Below the pieces are notes generated by a model. The model worked only from the letters and a program-made list of their open reading frames with translations. It did not search any database and was not told where the DNA came from. From assembly GCA_918797485.1 (NCBI GenBank), contig CAKKNE010000001.1, forward strand, positions 5,580,001 through 5,644,000: 64,000 nt of DNA, in the 5' to 3' direction. The translations under genes and the position numbers were made by a program. The stretch is from Pelagomonas calceolata. Its lineage: Eukaryota. Of this stretch, positions 50,494 through 60,375 are shown in pieces. The first letter of the stretch is position 1, and the number at the start of each line of letters is the position of its first letter.

Positions 50494-52794
50494 CTAGCTC
50501 CAGGCCATGCCCCCGACGGGCAGTCTTCGTCGTAGTTCGTCCGGGAGCGATCCCGAAGGCGTCAGCACGAAGGACCCGACGAGCGCCGAGTACTCCATGT
50601 CCGGGATGTCGCCGAATAGAACAGGCCCTGAAGCACGGTCGGGCGGGCGGTCGACGCCGCTCCGCAGGGCCAGTTCCGCCAGGGGGTCGTCGTACTCGAT
50701 TTTGCCGTGCAAACGCAGGTCGCCGTGCAGTCCCGACGCTCCCCGACACTTCGATCGCCGGATCCATATCCACACGTGCGAGCCGCGGCCGTCGCGCGGC
50801 GGGTCTCGGACGCCCTCGTCGTAGACGCCCCAGCGTCCGCCAATCTCGCACGGGGCGTCAGAACCCGCCGTGTCGACGAAGTCGCCCGACTCCTGAAAGT
50901 CGAGGATGAAGAAGCACTGCTCGTCGTCGACCGTGGCCGACAGGAGCCACTGGCGGCCCGCAAGCGCGCCCTTGCCGACGCGAGCGGGAGGCGCGGGGCG
51001 CGTGGCGCGTTTTGTCGCCGCTTTTTCTAGCGCCGCGTCGACGGTGGACTCGTTGGCCGCGCGGGACGTCAGCGCGAGGCGGAATCTTCCGACAAAATCA
51101 GGGTCGCTCGCGCCTTCCAATACAACACCTTCGACGGCGTCGCCTCCCCGCGAGCTGACTGAGCCCTGCAGGTTGTACCTCCCGAGGGACAGGTGGATCT
51201 TGCAATGAGTCGAGTTGTTGCGGATCCGCTCTATTCTCCAGCGACCATCTTGTGCGCCGCCGCGGCCCGCGCCCGAGCTATCATCGTAGATATCGCGCAA
51301 GGCTGTAGCTCGCCCGTCGGCGCCGAGGAAGACGCGATTCGGTTCGCTCGTGTCCTCAACGAATTCGTAAGTGCCCGCGTGCATGACCCTCGTAAGGGCG
51401 GCATCGAGCACGACGTCGGCGTCGTCGCCACCGTCGAGGTCGTCGCGCGGCGCCGCGAAGAGGCGTAACCGGTCGCCGCGCCGCGGCCGCCGGGACGCGA
51501 CGAAGCGGTGCACCGGCTGGCCCAACAACTCGCAGCGTTTTTCCGACTCCGGTGCCGCGTCGGCGGGCAGCGGCGACGTTGCCCGCCAGGGACCGCCGAC
51601 GGCGCGCCTTGCCGAGCCGACGCGTTCATCCCTGAGCCGCTTCGGCGCCTCCGTCGTGACGGGCTCCTCGGCCGGCTCCAAACGGAGTCCCGCGCCCTCG
51701 AGGGCGTCGGCCGAAGCGAGAGCCACGTCCTCAACTTGCGAAGAAACGTAGGCGGCTCCCTCAGTGCCTACGGCCGTCGCGACGAGCTCCGCCACATCCC
51801 TTGATAGGAGAAACGGCCGCCCCTCGCGGACCGTGGCCTCGCCGCCCAGCGAGAAGGGCGTCGGGAACTGCACCAGGACGTAGACCGGGCCTTCGTGCGT
51901 CGCCGCCCACCGCAGCGCGTCCGAGGCGTCGGCCACGGCGAAGCGACAGCTGCTGCCGAGGCGATTCGCGAAGCCGCGCGCAGCTCTGATACAAGCACGG
52001 CTAGTGTCGACCGCCAGGACGTTCGCGTCTGTTTTACTGAGCGCGAGCCCGATGGCCGAGCCGCCCATGCCACAACCGAGGTCCAGCACGAGCGGCCCTG
52101 GGGGAAACGCCACACTCAGCACGTCGGCGGCGGGCGTCGTCCGCGCGTCCCTGGCATACCTCCATCTCCACTGGCAGGCGCGGGGCGCGAAGAAGGCGTC
52201 CCGGCCCCGCAGGCCGCAGGCGCCGAGGCGCTCCTCGGCCTGGAGGTCGTTGACCGTCCGCCGCTTCGCCCGGTTGCTCGCATGTCGGTCGAGTAATAAA
52301 TCGAAGAGCGCGTCGTCGCGGCAGCCCGCCAGCGCGAACGCAAAGGCCGCGTCGGAGGCCTGGCGGCCCGGCGCCGCGTCGGGCTCCGCGAGCGCTTCAC
52401 GCGCCTCTCGGGCCCGATCAGCCACGAAGGCTGCCACGTCGTCGTCGCTGAGATCGCCTCGAGCGGCGTAGTCACGCGCTGCCTTGGCTAAATCGAGGAC
52501 CGACGGCGCGTCGGTGGCGCGGCGTCGCAGCGTGTATGTCGACGTGCCGTTGGCGTGGTCTCTCACGATAGCGCCGTATTGCTTGGCGCGGTCGAGGAGC
52601 GCGTCGGCCTCGTCATAATTCTTTTGTTGTCGGAGGAGCGTTCGCTGCTGGAGCAGCGCGGCGACGTCCTCGTCCTGTGGCGCCGCAAGCACGTGCAGCT
52701 GTGATCTTTGTGACCGGCACACTATTTTATTGACATGTGTTGGTTGGAGCCCTACGGCGGTCGCAAGGATGGCTGCCAAAAACCGCTGAGGCAT
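50494..52794 (-). CDS. Multidomain organelle-targeted protein with TrmB-like SAM methyltransferase domain
   Basis: Signal-like leader; RQQKNYDEADAL (CysRS anticodon-like); VLDLGCGMG and VQFPTPF. Confidence 0.65.
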   Translation of the reverse strand: MPQRFLAAILATAVGLQPTHVNKIVCRSQRSQLHVLAAPQDEDVAALLQQRTLLRQQKNYDEADALLDRAKQYGAIVRDHANGTSTYTLRRRATDAPSVLDLAKAARDYAARGDLSDDDVAAFVADRAREAREALAEPDAAPGRQASDAAFAFALAGCRDDALFDLLLDRHASNRAKRRTVNDLQAEERLGACGLRGRDAFFAPRACQWRWRYARDARTTPAADVLSVAFPPGPLVLDLGCGMGGSAIGLALSKTDANVLAVDTSRACIRAARGFANRLGSSCRFAVADASDALRWAATHEGPVYVLVQFPTPFSLGGEATVREGRPFLLSRDVAELVATAVGTEGAAYVSSQVEDVALASADALEGAGLRLEPAEEPVTTEAPKRLRDERVGSARRAVGGPWRATSPLPADAAPESEKRCELLGQPVHRFVASRRPRRGDRLRLFAAPRDDLDGGDDADVVLDAALTRVMHAGTYEFVEDTSEPNRVFLGADGRATALRDIYDDSSGAGRGGAQDGRWRIERIRNNSTHCKIHLSLGRYNLQGSVSSRGGDAVEGVVLEGASDPDFVGRFRLALTSRAANESTVDAALEKAATKRATRPAPPARVGKGALAGRQWLLSATVDDEQCFFILDFQESGDFVDTAGSDAPCEIGGRWGVYDEGVRDPPRDGRGSHVWIWIRRSKCRGASGLHGDLRLHGKIEYDDPLAELALRSGVDRPPDRASGPVLFGDIPDMEYSALVGSFVLTPSGSLPDELRRRLPVGGMAWS

Positions 52795-52936
52795 TCTTTT
52801 ATCTCTAGCGCGCTCCTAACCTAATCTCGCGATACCGCTTCAAATGTGTGATTCGTTCGGTCACCTGAGGACCCTGCGAACGTGAAATGAGCTGCGTAAA
52901 GTGGTTCCTGGCCGCTCGAGCCCAAAAAGTGGCTGA

Positions 52937-52961
52937 TTGCTAGTATCTTACAGGCCGCTAG
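52937..52961 (+). promoter_or_regulatory. Conserved intergenic motif copy (TTGCTAGTATCTTACAGGCCGCTAG)
   Basis: One mismatch to consensus; divergent region. Confidence 0.6.
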
Positions 52962-53090
52962 ATAATCGACTCAGTCGTCAGGGAACGCGTGCACGCCACC
53001 AACGCAGTGCATTGCTCGTCCCAGTGCAGCATAACGTAGCCTCACTACTGCTGAGACTGGCCAAGGACAGCTTTTGCAGCCTTGCTCGCC

Positions 53091-53921
53091 ATGCTGCGCC
53101 AGTCGACCATGCTCATGGCCCTAAGAGGCTTTGCCAGCGCTTTCTCTCCGTTCAAGAATTTAGGAGGCAAGCCCGTGCCCTTCGCGCCGATGCCGGGCTT
53201 TCCCGCGCGCGCCGTCGGCGTCGCCGATGTGCTGGCGTCTCCGAAATGGCCGGCGGAGTGGCCGTACTCGCCGCGCGATTTCATGCGGGGCGACGAGAGC
53301 CCGGACCCCTATTTTTACGATCAGCCGCGGTTCTGTTTTCATGTGGATGACGCTGCTGTTGCTGCTTTAACAGAGTTCTACGGCACGGCTTTGAGGGAGT
53401 GGGAGAAGCCCGCCATTCTCGACATCTGCGCGTCCCATGTTTCTCATTTCCCGACGGACATTGCTGACTTCGCTGGTAACAGAGTAGCGTTGGGTATGAA
53501 CGAGGAGGAGCTCAGGAACAACGGTCAGGTCGATTCGTACGTCGTCAAGGATCTCAATGAAGATCCGACGTTACCCTTCGAGGACAATTCGTTTGATGTG
53601 GTCACGAACGTCGTGTCCATCGACTACTTGACCAAACCCCTGGCGATCTGCAAGGAGATAAGACGCGTCCTCAAGCCCGGCGGGCAAGCATTGATGGCGT
53701 TGTCCAATAGATGCTTCCCGACGAAGGCCGTCGACATCTGGCTCCGTACGAACGACCTCGAGCACGTCTTCGTGGTTGGTAGTTATTTCCACTACGCGGG
53801 GGGCTTCAAGCCCCCGTCCGCTATCGAAGTGTCGCCGAACCAGGACCAGATCCCCTGGGCCGGCGGCCGGTCGCAGAATATTGCCTATTTAGCGGTCGTG
53901 CGGGCCGAGGTCGACAAGTAA
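53091..53921 (+). CDS. Methyltransferase type 11, probably plastid-targeted
   Basis: FYDQPRF..HVD, ILDICASHVSH, LPFEDNSFDVV, SIDYLTKP and SNRCFPTKAV; ASAF leader. Confidence 0.85.
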   Translation: MLRQSTMLMALRGFASAFSPFKNLGGKPVPFAPMPGFPARAVGVADVLASPKWPAEWPYSPRDFMRGDESPDPYFYDQPRFCFHVDDAAVAALTEFYGTALREWEKPAILDICASHVSHFPTDIADFAGNRVALGMNEEELRNNGQVDSYVVKDLNEDPTLPFEDNSFDVVTNVVSIDYLTKPLAICKEIRRVLKPGGQALMALSNRCFPTKAVDIWLRTNDLEHVFVVGSYFHYAGGFKPPSAIEVSPNQDQIPWAGGRSQNIAYLAVVRAEVDK

Positions 53922-53938
53922 CAGCACATTTAGTAAAA

Positions 53939-55087
53939 CTAGGCGGGGAGGAAGAAGCGACCGGGGTGTGTGCGACCTCTCCCTCGTCCTCGTCCTCGTC
54001 CCCGCCCCCCTTTGCCTCGACCCTTGCCCTTGCCCCTGCCGCGGCCGCCGTCCGCGCCCTTGCCCCGGCCACGACCGCGACCCTTGCCCGGCGCGGGAGG
54101 CTTCTCCTTCGAGTGCTTGAGCAGGCCCATCAAATAAACCGACGCCGAGCCGATCCCCGGCCGCCCCATGCGCTTCACACATTTGGAAAGAGCGTCGACG
54201 ACCTCGCCCTCGGAAAACTCGCGCATGTACGACCGGCACCTTTGATCGACGTCCGCGCGGCCCAGTTTATCGGGCGCCGCTGCCACGCTCTGGTCGATCA
54301 GCGCGTCGACGTGCGCCGCGGTGAGGCGGTAGGCCGGCGCGTCCGCCGCGGCGTTCCGGAGCACGCCGAGCGCGTAAGCATTGGGGTTCTCGACGACCGC
54401 GTCGCCACCAAGGGCCTTGGCCACGTCCCTACAGACGCGGCAGGCCACGCGGTAGCCCGCGTTTTGTAGTGCTTTCTTGACGCCGCCGTCGAGCACCCCA
54501 TCCAAGCCCTTCTCCACGATATATGAATCGACGGCCTGGGCGTCGGCGGAGCCCTTCTTCTCCTTCGCCGCCGCCGTGCGCCTTCCTGTGTCGTCGTGGT
54601 CGGCGTCGAGCGGCTTTATTTGGACGGCGCGGCCATTGATTGTATACGTCGTCGCCGCCGCCGTTGTCGCGTCGTCCGCCGTATCATACACAGCGTAGGC
54701 CAGGCCCGCGTGCTTGCGGTTATTAGCAGAAGCGGCCTGATCCGTCACGAGCCGCACGGTCGGCCGGCGCCCGTCCACCGCCAGCGCTTCGGCGACGGCG
54801 CTCGCGTCGGCCTCGTACGAGAGCTGCGTCACGACGAGCGTGAGGGCACGCTGGTCGCGCCAGCGCGGCTTCTTCTTCTTCTTCTTTGCCGGTGCGTCCG
54901 CCGGCGCTGGCGGCACGGCCCCTGCTACCGGCTGGGCCTCGGCGGCTGGCGGCGCGGCGTCGGCTTCGCGCCGTTTCTTCTTCTTCTTGTCTTTTTTCTT
55001 GCGTTTTGCATCGTCTGGCAGTGCTGCGGCGTCTGGCGATGCATCGTCGTCGCGGCGTCGCTTCTTTTTCTCTTCCCCCTTTGCCAT
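53939..55087 (-). CDS. RRM-containing nucleolar-type protein with Lys-rich N-terminus and RGG tail
   Basis: LVVTQLSY (RNP2-like), HAGLAYAVY (RNP1-like), INGRAVQI. Confidence 0.7.
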   Translation of the reverse strand: MAKGEEKKKRRRDDDASPDAAALPDDAKRKKKDKKKKKRREADAAPPAAEAQPVAGAVPPAPADAPAKKKKKKPRWRDQRALTLVVTQLSYEADASAVAEALAVDGRRPTVRLVTDQAASANNRKHAGLAYAVYDTADDATTAAATTYTINGRAVQIKPLDADHDDTGRRTAAAKEKKGSADAQAVDSYIVEKGLDGVLDGGVKKALQNAGYRVACRVCRDVAKALGGDAVVENPNAYALGVLRNAAADAPAYRLTAAHVDALIDQSVAAAPDKLGRADVDQRCRSYMREFSEGEVVDALSKCVKRMGRPGIGSASVYLMGLLKHSKEKPPAPGKGRGRGRGKGADGGRGRGKGKGRGKGGRGRGRGRGRGRTHPGRFFLPA

Positions 55088-55246
55088 TGCAGGCAGGCAG
55101 TGCAGTGAGTGTGTTACGCGCGGCTGCGCGCTGCGAATCGCTGGCGAGCTTTTGGCTCTGCACTCGCAGTGCAATGACGTGTTCTCTCTGTGATTTTGAG
55201 CAGCGATGGGGTTCAATTCAGCGATTTGACCCTTGCCAAGTCTTGA

Positions 55247-55274
55247 GCTAGCGGCCTGTAAGACACTAGCAAGC
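55247..55274 (-). promoter_or_regulatory. Conserved intergenic motif, consensus copy (GCTAGCGGCCTGTAAGACACTAGCAAGC)
   Basis: Lies ~160 bp upstream of the RRM gene ATG. Confidence 0.6.
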
Positions 55275-55466
55275 AAGCTGCCTTAAACGGAAGCGTAAGG
55301 CGCAAGACGGGGGCGGGCCGCAGGAGTGCGGGGAGAGGGCTGCTGCGCACGGCGACGCGTAGGCGACGAGGGGACGCGGGGAACGGCGGTCGCGAAAAGG
55401 CAAAAGGAAGGCGCAGCCCAAAACACGCGCGAGGCTGCCGTCTTTTGTGTCTTCGGTGGGTAGGGT

Positions 55467-55482
55467 GGTTTTTAGAAAAACC
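55467..55482 (-). terminator. Histone 3' stem-loop of H2B
   Basis: GGTTTT-TCTA-AAAACC followed by ACCC on the minus strand, ~70 nt after the stop. Confidence 0.75.
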
Positions 55483-55554
55483 GGGTGTAATGTGGGTGCC
55501 GTCGTCACAAGAGCGTATCGCAGCGCGAGCTGCTACTCAGACGGCAGTGAGCGC

Positions 55555-55905
55555 TTACGAGCTCGAGAACTTGGTGACGGCCTTGGTGCCCTCGGACACG
55601 GCGTGCTTGGAGAGCTCGCCCGGGAGCATGAGGCGGACGGACGTCTGGATCTCGCGGGACGAGAGCGTCGCCTTCTTGGAGAAGCGGCACAGCTTGGAGG
55701 CCTCGAGGGCGATGCGCTCGAAGATGTCGTTGATGAACGAGTTCATGATCGACATGCCCTTCTTGGAGATGCCCGTGTCCGGGTGCACCTGCTTGAGCAC
55801 GCGGTAGATGTACGTCGAGTACGACTCCGTGCGCGACTTCTTCTTCTTGGCGCCGCCGGCCTTCTTGGGGGCTTTCGCCGACTTCTTGGAGGGGGTCTTG
55901 GCCAT
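55555..55905 (-). CDS. H2B: Histone H2B
   Basis: [21 protein letters not shown]...[13 protein letters not shown]. Confidence 0.98.
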   Translation of the reverse strand: MAKTPSKKSAKAPKKAGGAKKKKSRTESYSTYIYRVLKQVHPDTGISKKGMSIMNSFINDIFERIALEASKLCRFSKKATLSSREIQTSVRLMLPGELSKHAVSEGTKAVTKFSSS

Positions 55906-55920
55906 GTTGCTGGTGGTGTT

Positions 55921-56138
55921 GTTTTTTTTCCGATGTGTTGGTGTGGAGGGCAGCCCGCTGGAGCGCACACATTTCCGGGGCGCGGGCGAGCCGCTAACTT
56001 TTGGCGACGAATGAAATTGTGACCCTAGTATCTGGTCGCAAAATGATTCGTCGCCAAAAATTAGCGGCGCGCTGACGCCCCGGAAATGTGTGCGCTCCAG
56101 CGGGCTGCCTCTCCACTCCAACACATCGGAAAAAAAAC
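55921..56138. promoter_or_regulatory. Palindromic bidirectional histone promoter
   Basis: Arms 55921-56024 and 56034-56138 are imperfect inverted repeats; a 34-bp block is perfect (55949-55982 vs 56076-56109). Confidence 0.8.
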
Positions 56139-56152
56139 ACCCCCAAAACATC

Positions 56153-56542
56153 ATGTCTGGCAAAGGAAAAGGTGGCCGCGGCAAGGGCAAGTCCAAGTCC
56201 AGCGGCTCGACGTCGTCGGCGTCCAAGGCTGGCCTCCAGTTCCCGGTGGCGCGCCTCAACCGCTACCTCCGCAAGGGCAAGTACGCCTCGCGCGTCGGCG
56301 TCGGTGCCGGTGTCTACATGGGCGCCGTCCTCGAGTACCTCTGCGCCGAGATCCTCGAGCTCGCGGGCAACGCCGCGCGCGACAACAAGAAGACGCGCAT
56401 CGTGCCGCGCCACATCCAGCTCGCCGTCCGCAACGACGAGGAGCTCAACAAGCTCCTGGGCTCGGTCACGATCGCGTCCGGCGGTGTTCTCCCGAACATC
56501 CACGCCACGCTTCTCCCCAAGAAGTCGGCGTCCAAGAAGTAA
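56153..56542 (+). CDS. H2A: Histone H2A
   Basis: [25 protein letters not shown] and [10 protein letters not shown]. Confidence 0.98.
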   Translation: MSGKGKGGRGKGKSKSSGSTSSASKAGLQFPVARLNRYLRKGKYASRVGVGAGVYMGAVLEYLCAEILELAGNAARDNKKTRIVPRHIQLAVRNDEELNKLLGSVTIASGGVLPNIHATLLPKKSASKK

Positions 56543-56601
56543 GCGTCTCGCTTGCTGACTTCGGCGGCCGCTCCCACGAGCGCGCCAACATCATCTTACC
56601 C

Positions 56602-56617
56602 GGTTTTTACAAAAACC
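56602..56617 (+). terminator. Histone 3' stem-loop of H2A
   Basis: GGTTTT-TACA-AAAACC followed by ACCC, 60 nt after the stop. Confidence 0.75.
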
Positions 56618-56676
56618 ACCCTACTACCGAAGCTCATCCTGTTGATGACTTGACGCGCCCGTCGCCCCGCGCCTGT

Positions 56677-56807
56677 GCTAGTGGCCCTGGGGTGCTAGGA
56701 TACGCACAACTGGGGGTACACCCAGGGTGTGGGTGTAACACCCAGGTGCTGGGGGTACCCCGGTGTACCCCCAGTCGTGCGTATCCTAGCACCCCAGGGC
56801 CACTAGC
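56677..56807. mobile_element. MITE-like fold-back element (131 bp)
   Basis: 46-bp inverted repeats (56677-56722, 56762-56807) with one mismatch; ends are compatible with a TA or CTAG duplication. Confidence 0.75.
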
Positions 56808-56840
56808 GTCAAGCGCCTTCAAAAATAATACACACCGAGC

Positions 56841-58019
56841 TTAGGCCCCACTAATCATCGCCGCCGCGCCGAGCGCCGCGGCGCGCCGCCGCCGCCGCGC
56901 GCCGCGGCCCGGCCTTATATCGTCGTCGAGGAGGAGGTACTGGCGGTCGTCCTCGAACGGCTTCTCGGAAAGCTTCTCGAAGGCCGCGATGCGCTTTCTA
57001 ATACTAGAGACCACTCGCTTCGTCTCGCACGGCTCCGAGTCGTCCGATGATGAATCACCCGCCTGGACGCTCAACACGTCCAACTCCGCGGTGAGGATCA
57101 CTTCCTCCGCCAGACAATTCCCGCAGAGCGCCGTCTTCTGCTCGCGCACGGCCGCGATTTTGAGGGAATCTAAAGCTAACGGCGCGAGGGCGTGGCCCAG
57201 CTTCGCGGCTTGGGCCGCTTGGCCTGCCGCCGCGGCCAACGCCGCGCGCCGGTCTCCCTCTTTATTTTCTGTGGAGAGTAAGCTACAAAGCTTCATCCTC
57301 GCTTCGCCCTCCAACCTGCCCTTCTGCGCCGCTAGTATTTCGAAGCAGCGTCTTGCTGTTGTCTTGTCCGGCGGGCCGCAGACCCCATTAAAGCACGCCG
57401 TGCCCAGCTTCAGGAGCGCCGCGGGGCAATGTAAAGCTGCCGCCTTGCCTAGCGTCTCTCGTGCTTTGGGATCCTCCCTTTGTAGTTCATCAAGCCCTCG
57501 GTTGCACAGCGACTCGCGATCGCCTCTGGCGATGGCGATGTCGCGCAATCGAAGCGCCTCGTTCGGATTTTGTGGAATGCCCTCGCCCCGCATATGGTGG
57601 CCGCTCAACAGATTCAAGGCCTGGCCCGCGTCCTGCTCATTGATCTGGATCCTTTGTTCGAGCCGCTCCAACGCCTCGGTCGTCGTCTCGCAAGGCTTAA
57701 CTCCACAAAAACCGCACCGATGGTCTTTGTGTTTGCGACCACATTCCACGCAACACGTTTTACCGCAGCAGCTATTATATACAATGTCTCTCACGTCCTC
57801 GGGCAAATCACAAGCGCACGTCGCGCACGTCTTCGGTTTGACATTTCGCGGAATTTGGGGGATGACGGGTTTGGGCACCGGTTTCTTCGGTATGGCACAA
57901 GCCGGCGCGTGCCGCTTCCAGTCGTCGCGCTGGCAGTCCCTGCTACAGTACCAGGGCCCCTTGCAGCGGCCACATCTTAACTTCGCCGGCTCGGCGCAGA
58001 GGAAGCAGTAGGAGGGCAT
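56841..58019 (-). CDS. MYND zinc finger + Sel1-like repeat protein
   Basis: CFLC..RCGRCKGPWYCSRDCQRDDWKRHAPAC; GEGIPQNPNEA and KLGTACFNG. Confidence 0.85.
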   Translation of the reverse strand: MPSYCFLCAEPAKLRCGRCKGPWYCSRDCQRDDWKRHAPACAIPKKPVPKPVIPQIPRNVKPKTCATCACDLPEDVRDIVYNSCCGKTCCVECGRKHKDHRCGFCGVKPCETTTEALERLEQRIQINEQDAGQALNLLSGHHMRGEGIPQNPNEALRLRDIAIARGDRESLCNRGLDELQREDPKARETLGKAAALHCPAALLKLGTACFNGVCGPPDKTTARRCFEILAAQKGRLEGEARMKLCSLLSTENKEGDRRAALAAAAGQAAQAAKLGHALAPLALDSLKIAAVREQKTALCGNCLAEEVILTAELDVLSVQAGDSSSDDSEPCETKRVVSSIRKRIAAFEKLSEKPFEDDRQYLLLDDDIRPGRGARRRRRAAALGAAAMISGA

Positions 58020-58091
58020 CGTTTTTGGCCTCGCCGGGCAGCCCTTTCGAGCCCGATTGGCGCTGGGCAGCCTTTTGGTGCTTTTTTCCAG

Positions 58092-58122
58092 GCTTGCTAG
58101 TGTCTTACTGACGCTAGCAAGC
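58092..58122 (+). promoter_or_regulatory. Conserved intergenic motif variant (GCTTGCTAGTGTCTTACTGACGCTAGCAAGC)
   Basis: Both ends carry the full GCTTGCTAG half-site in inverted orientation; divergent region. Confidence 0.6.
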
Positions 58123-58432
58123 GCCGTTGGCGTGCTGCAGATTTGTGGCTACTGCGAGCTTCCAGGCGCGTAGCTGCAGCTCGGAGGAGAGCTTAGTGAG
58201 GCCTTGTGCGGAAGAGAAGGAGAATCCGGGCTTCAAGCGACCGCCACGCGCTGCACAGCAACAGTTAGGCTTACCCCAGCGAAACCGCCGTGCAGCGACC
58301 GCGAGGTGCTGCTATCAGCCCGGAACTTGCATCGCCAGCCCTGCCGCGCTGCGCCGCAACCGCTGCGCACGTTATCGACGCCGGCGCCGCGTTCGTCGTG
58401 GGAGCCGTTCCGACGACGCGCACGTTATAGAG

Positions 58433-59431
58433 ATGGCCGACGACGCCGCCGGCGCGTCGTGGGAGGAGCAGAAGGCCAAGTGGGGCGCGCGCGGCGCGCG
58501 CGGCATGCGCACCTGCGCGCCGGGCCGGGAGTGCCTCGCCGACGGCCGCACGGGCCGCCAGGCCCTCGAGGACGTTGGTGGGAATGAGGCGCCCGAGGAC
58601 GCGTTCGTCCGCGGCCTCGCCGAGGCGCGCGCGGAGAAGGAGCGGCGGCGCGCGAGCCGCGGCGGCGAGGGCTCGCGCGCGAGCCAGCGGCGCCGCAAGC
58701 GCGCCGGCGCCGGCGGCGCGGCCGCCGCGTCGGCGCCCGCGCCCGCGCCCGCTCGCGCCCCGGCGCCCGCGCCCGCTGCAGCGGCGCGCAAGCCGGTGCC
58801 CGCCGCGAAACCACGCGCGACGCCGCGCCCTCAAAAACGCCGGAGCGGCGAGACCGCGGGCGACGCGGACAAGCCGAAGCGCGCGCGCAAGTCGTCCGTC
58901 TCGGCCGGCGTGTCGTCGCTCTTCCTCACGTCGCCGACGACGCACACGCACGCGCAGTCGGCCGCCGCCGCGGCGCCGCGGAACCTGGGCGAGGGGCTCT
59001 GGGTGCGCGACACCGCCGCGGGGACCGGCGCCTCCGCCGAAGCGGGCGCGACGGTGGCCGTGCTCTACACGTGCCGGCTCCACGCGACGAACAAGCGCGT
59101 CGACCACCGGTCGAACCCGAACTCGCCCTTTACGTTCATCCTGGGCCGCGGCGCCGTCGTCGAGGGTTTGGATCGCGGGCTCGAGGGCATGGCTGTGGGT
59201 GGGGAACGGGAGCTCGTCGTGCCGGCGCACCTCGGCTACGGCGCCGCCGGCGCGCCGCCGAAGATCCCGCCCGACGCGGCCTTGCACTTCGCCATCAAGC
59301 TCCTGCGCGTCGGCGACGGCGAGGACGCCGCGAAGGGCGGCAAGCGCCGGCGCGCGCGCGGCGCGCGGGGCGGCGCCCGCGCGGCGAAGAAGAAGCTGGC
59401 CGCGAAGCTGCGCGCCGCGGGCGAGAAGTGA
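58433..59431 (+). CDS. FKBP-type peptidyl-prolyl isomerase (possible in-frame introns)
   Basis: FILGRGAVVEGLDRG, GMAVGGERELVVP, GYG and IPPDAALHFAIKL. Confidence 0.85.
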   Translation: MADDAAGASWEEQKAKWGARGARGMRTCAPGRECLADGRTGRQALEDVGGNEAPEDAFVRGLAEARAEKERRRASRGGEGSRASQRRRKRAGAGGAAAASAPAPAPARAPAPAPAAAARKPVPAAKPRATPRPQKRRSGETAGDADKPKRARKSSVSAGVSSLFLTSPTTHTHAQSAAAAAPRNLGEGLWVRDTAAGTGASAEAGATVAVLYTCRLHATNKRVDHRSNPNSPFTFILGRGAVVEGLDRGLEGMAVGGERELVVPAHLGYGAAGAPPKIPPDAALHFAIKLLRVGDGEDAAKGGKRRRARGARGGARAAKKKLAAKLRAAGEK

Positions 59432-60222
59432 CTGCTCTACGCGGTCCGTTAATAAGCTCTAACCTTAGCTGACGCGTTGATTCGGGGGGTGGTGGTGGTC
59501 TCTCTTACCTCTTGACGTGGTCATGGGCGCCGTCGACGTGATCGCGCCGGCGGCGCAGAAGGCCCTCTTCAGAAGAACGACTTGTTCTCGTAGGTGCGGA
59601 TGGCCAGATAAAGATGTTCACGTCCCAAGCGTGGGCAGCCAAAAGTACCCTTCTCGTGGTGTAGATGTCATATACTCGTAATTGACTATCGGTGGGGTAG
59701 TATGGGGTCCAACAAGACCGCTATCACGATTACTGGGGGGCCTCGGGTAATTGACGTTTTTGACGGGAATGGGGCGCGATCGGGTCCAAATTGCACACTT
59801 TTTTCGGGGGCGGATCGGCTCCTGGAGGGCTCTCGGGGTAGGTCTGGTAGTGGGTAGTCGCCTGTGCCGCATACGCCATCGATGCGGCGGCTTAGTGCTC
59901 TCGGGGAGCTCTGGAAGCCATTACCAAGTAATTCATGCTAAATCTCCGTGGTCTGCTGAGAGAAATCGGCCAAAAAGGCTTGAAGCGCCGGCGTATGCGG
60001 TGTAGGCGCTTGCACGTGTATAGCATCGACCCTCACCCAGAGAGACCTCTTTGGCAGGGATTGACAGGATTCCACCGGCGCGGCCGCCATGGACCATGGA
60101 GGCGTCGTCGGCGCGATATTCAAAAAGCAGCTTTTTCGGCCCCCAGTACGTGTCCCATTGATCTCTTTGGACCATTAGCGAACTGAACGGTGCTCAAACG
60201 GCTGCAGGTCGTGTTTGCTTTT

Positions 60223-60251
60223 GCTTGCTAGTGCCTTACATGGCCGCTAGC
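60223..60251 (+). promoter_or_regulatory. Conserved intergenic motif copy (GCTTGCTAGTGCCTTACATGGCCGCTAGC)
   Basis: Near-consensus copy ~125 bp upstream of ATG 60376. Confidence 0.6.
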
Positions 60252-60375
60252 TCGGCCGGCCATCGACAAAAAAACGACCTAAGTGGTGCAAATAAATGCA
60301 TAGAAAGCTGTGACGCGTTGCAGCTGTGACCCGCGCGCTGGCGGGCTGCAACCTACAGCGTTGCCACACAGCAGG

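Noticed and set aside
527..59462. Many long Arg/Ala/Pro-rich ORFs (e.g. 527-1483, 21499-22722, 29139-30260, 45138-46412, 58271-59287)
   Set aside because: Shadow frames of GC-rich real genes; they overlap better-supported CDSs and show no motifs.
59470..60200. Lower-GC stretch with short minus-strand ORFs
   Set aside because: No recognisable motif, TIR or RNA structure; cannot support a call.
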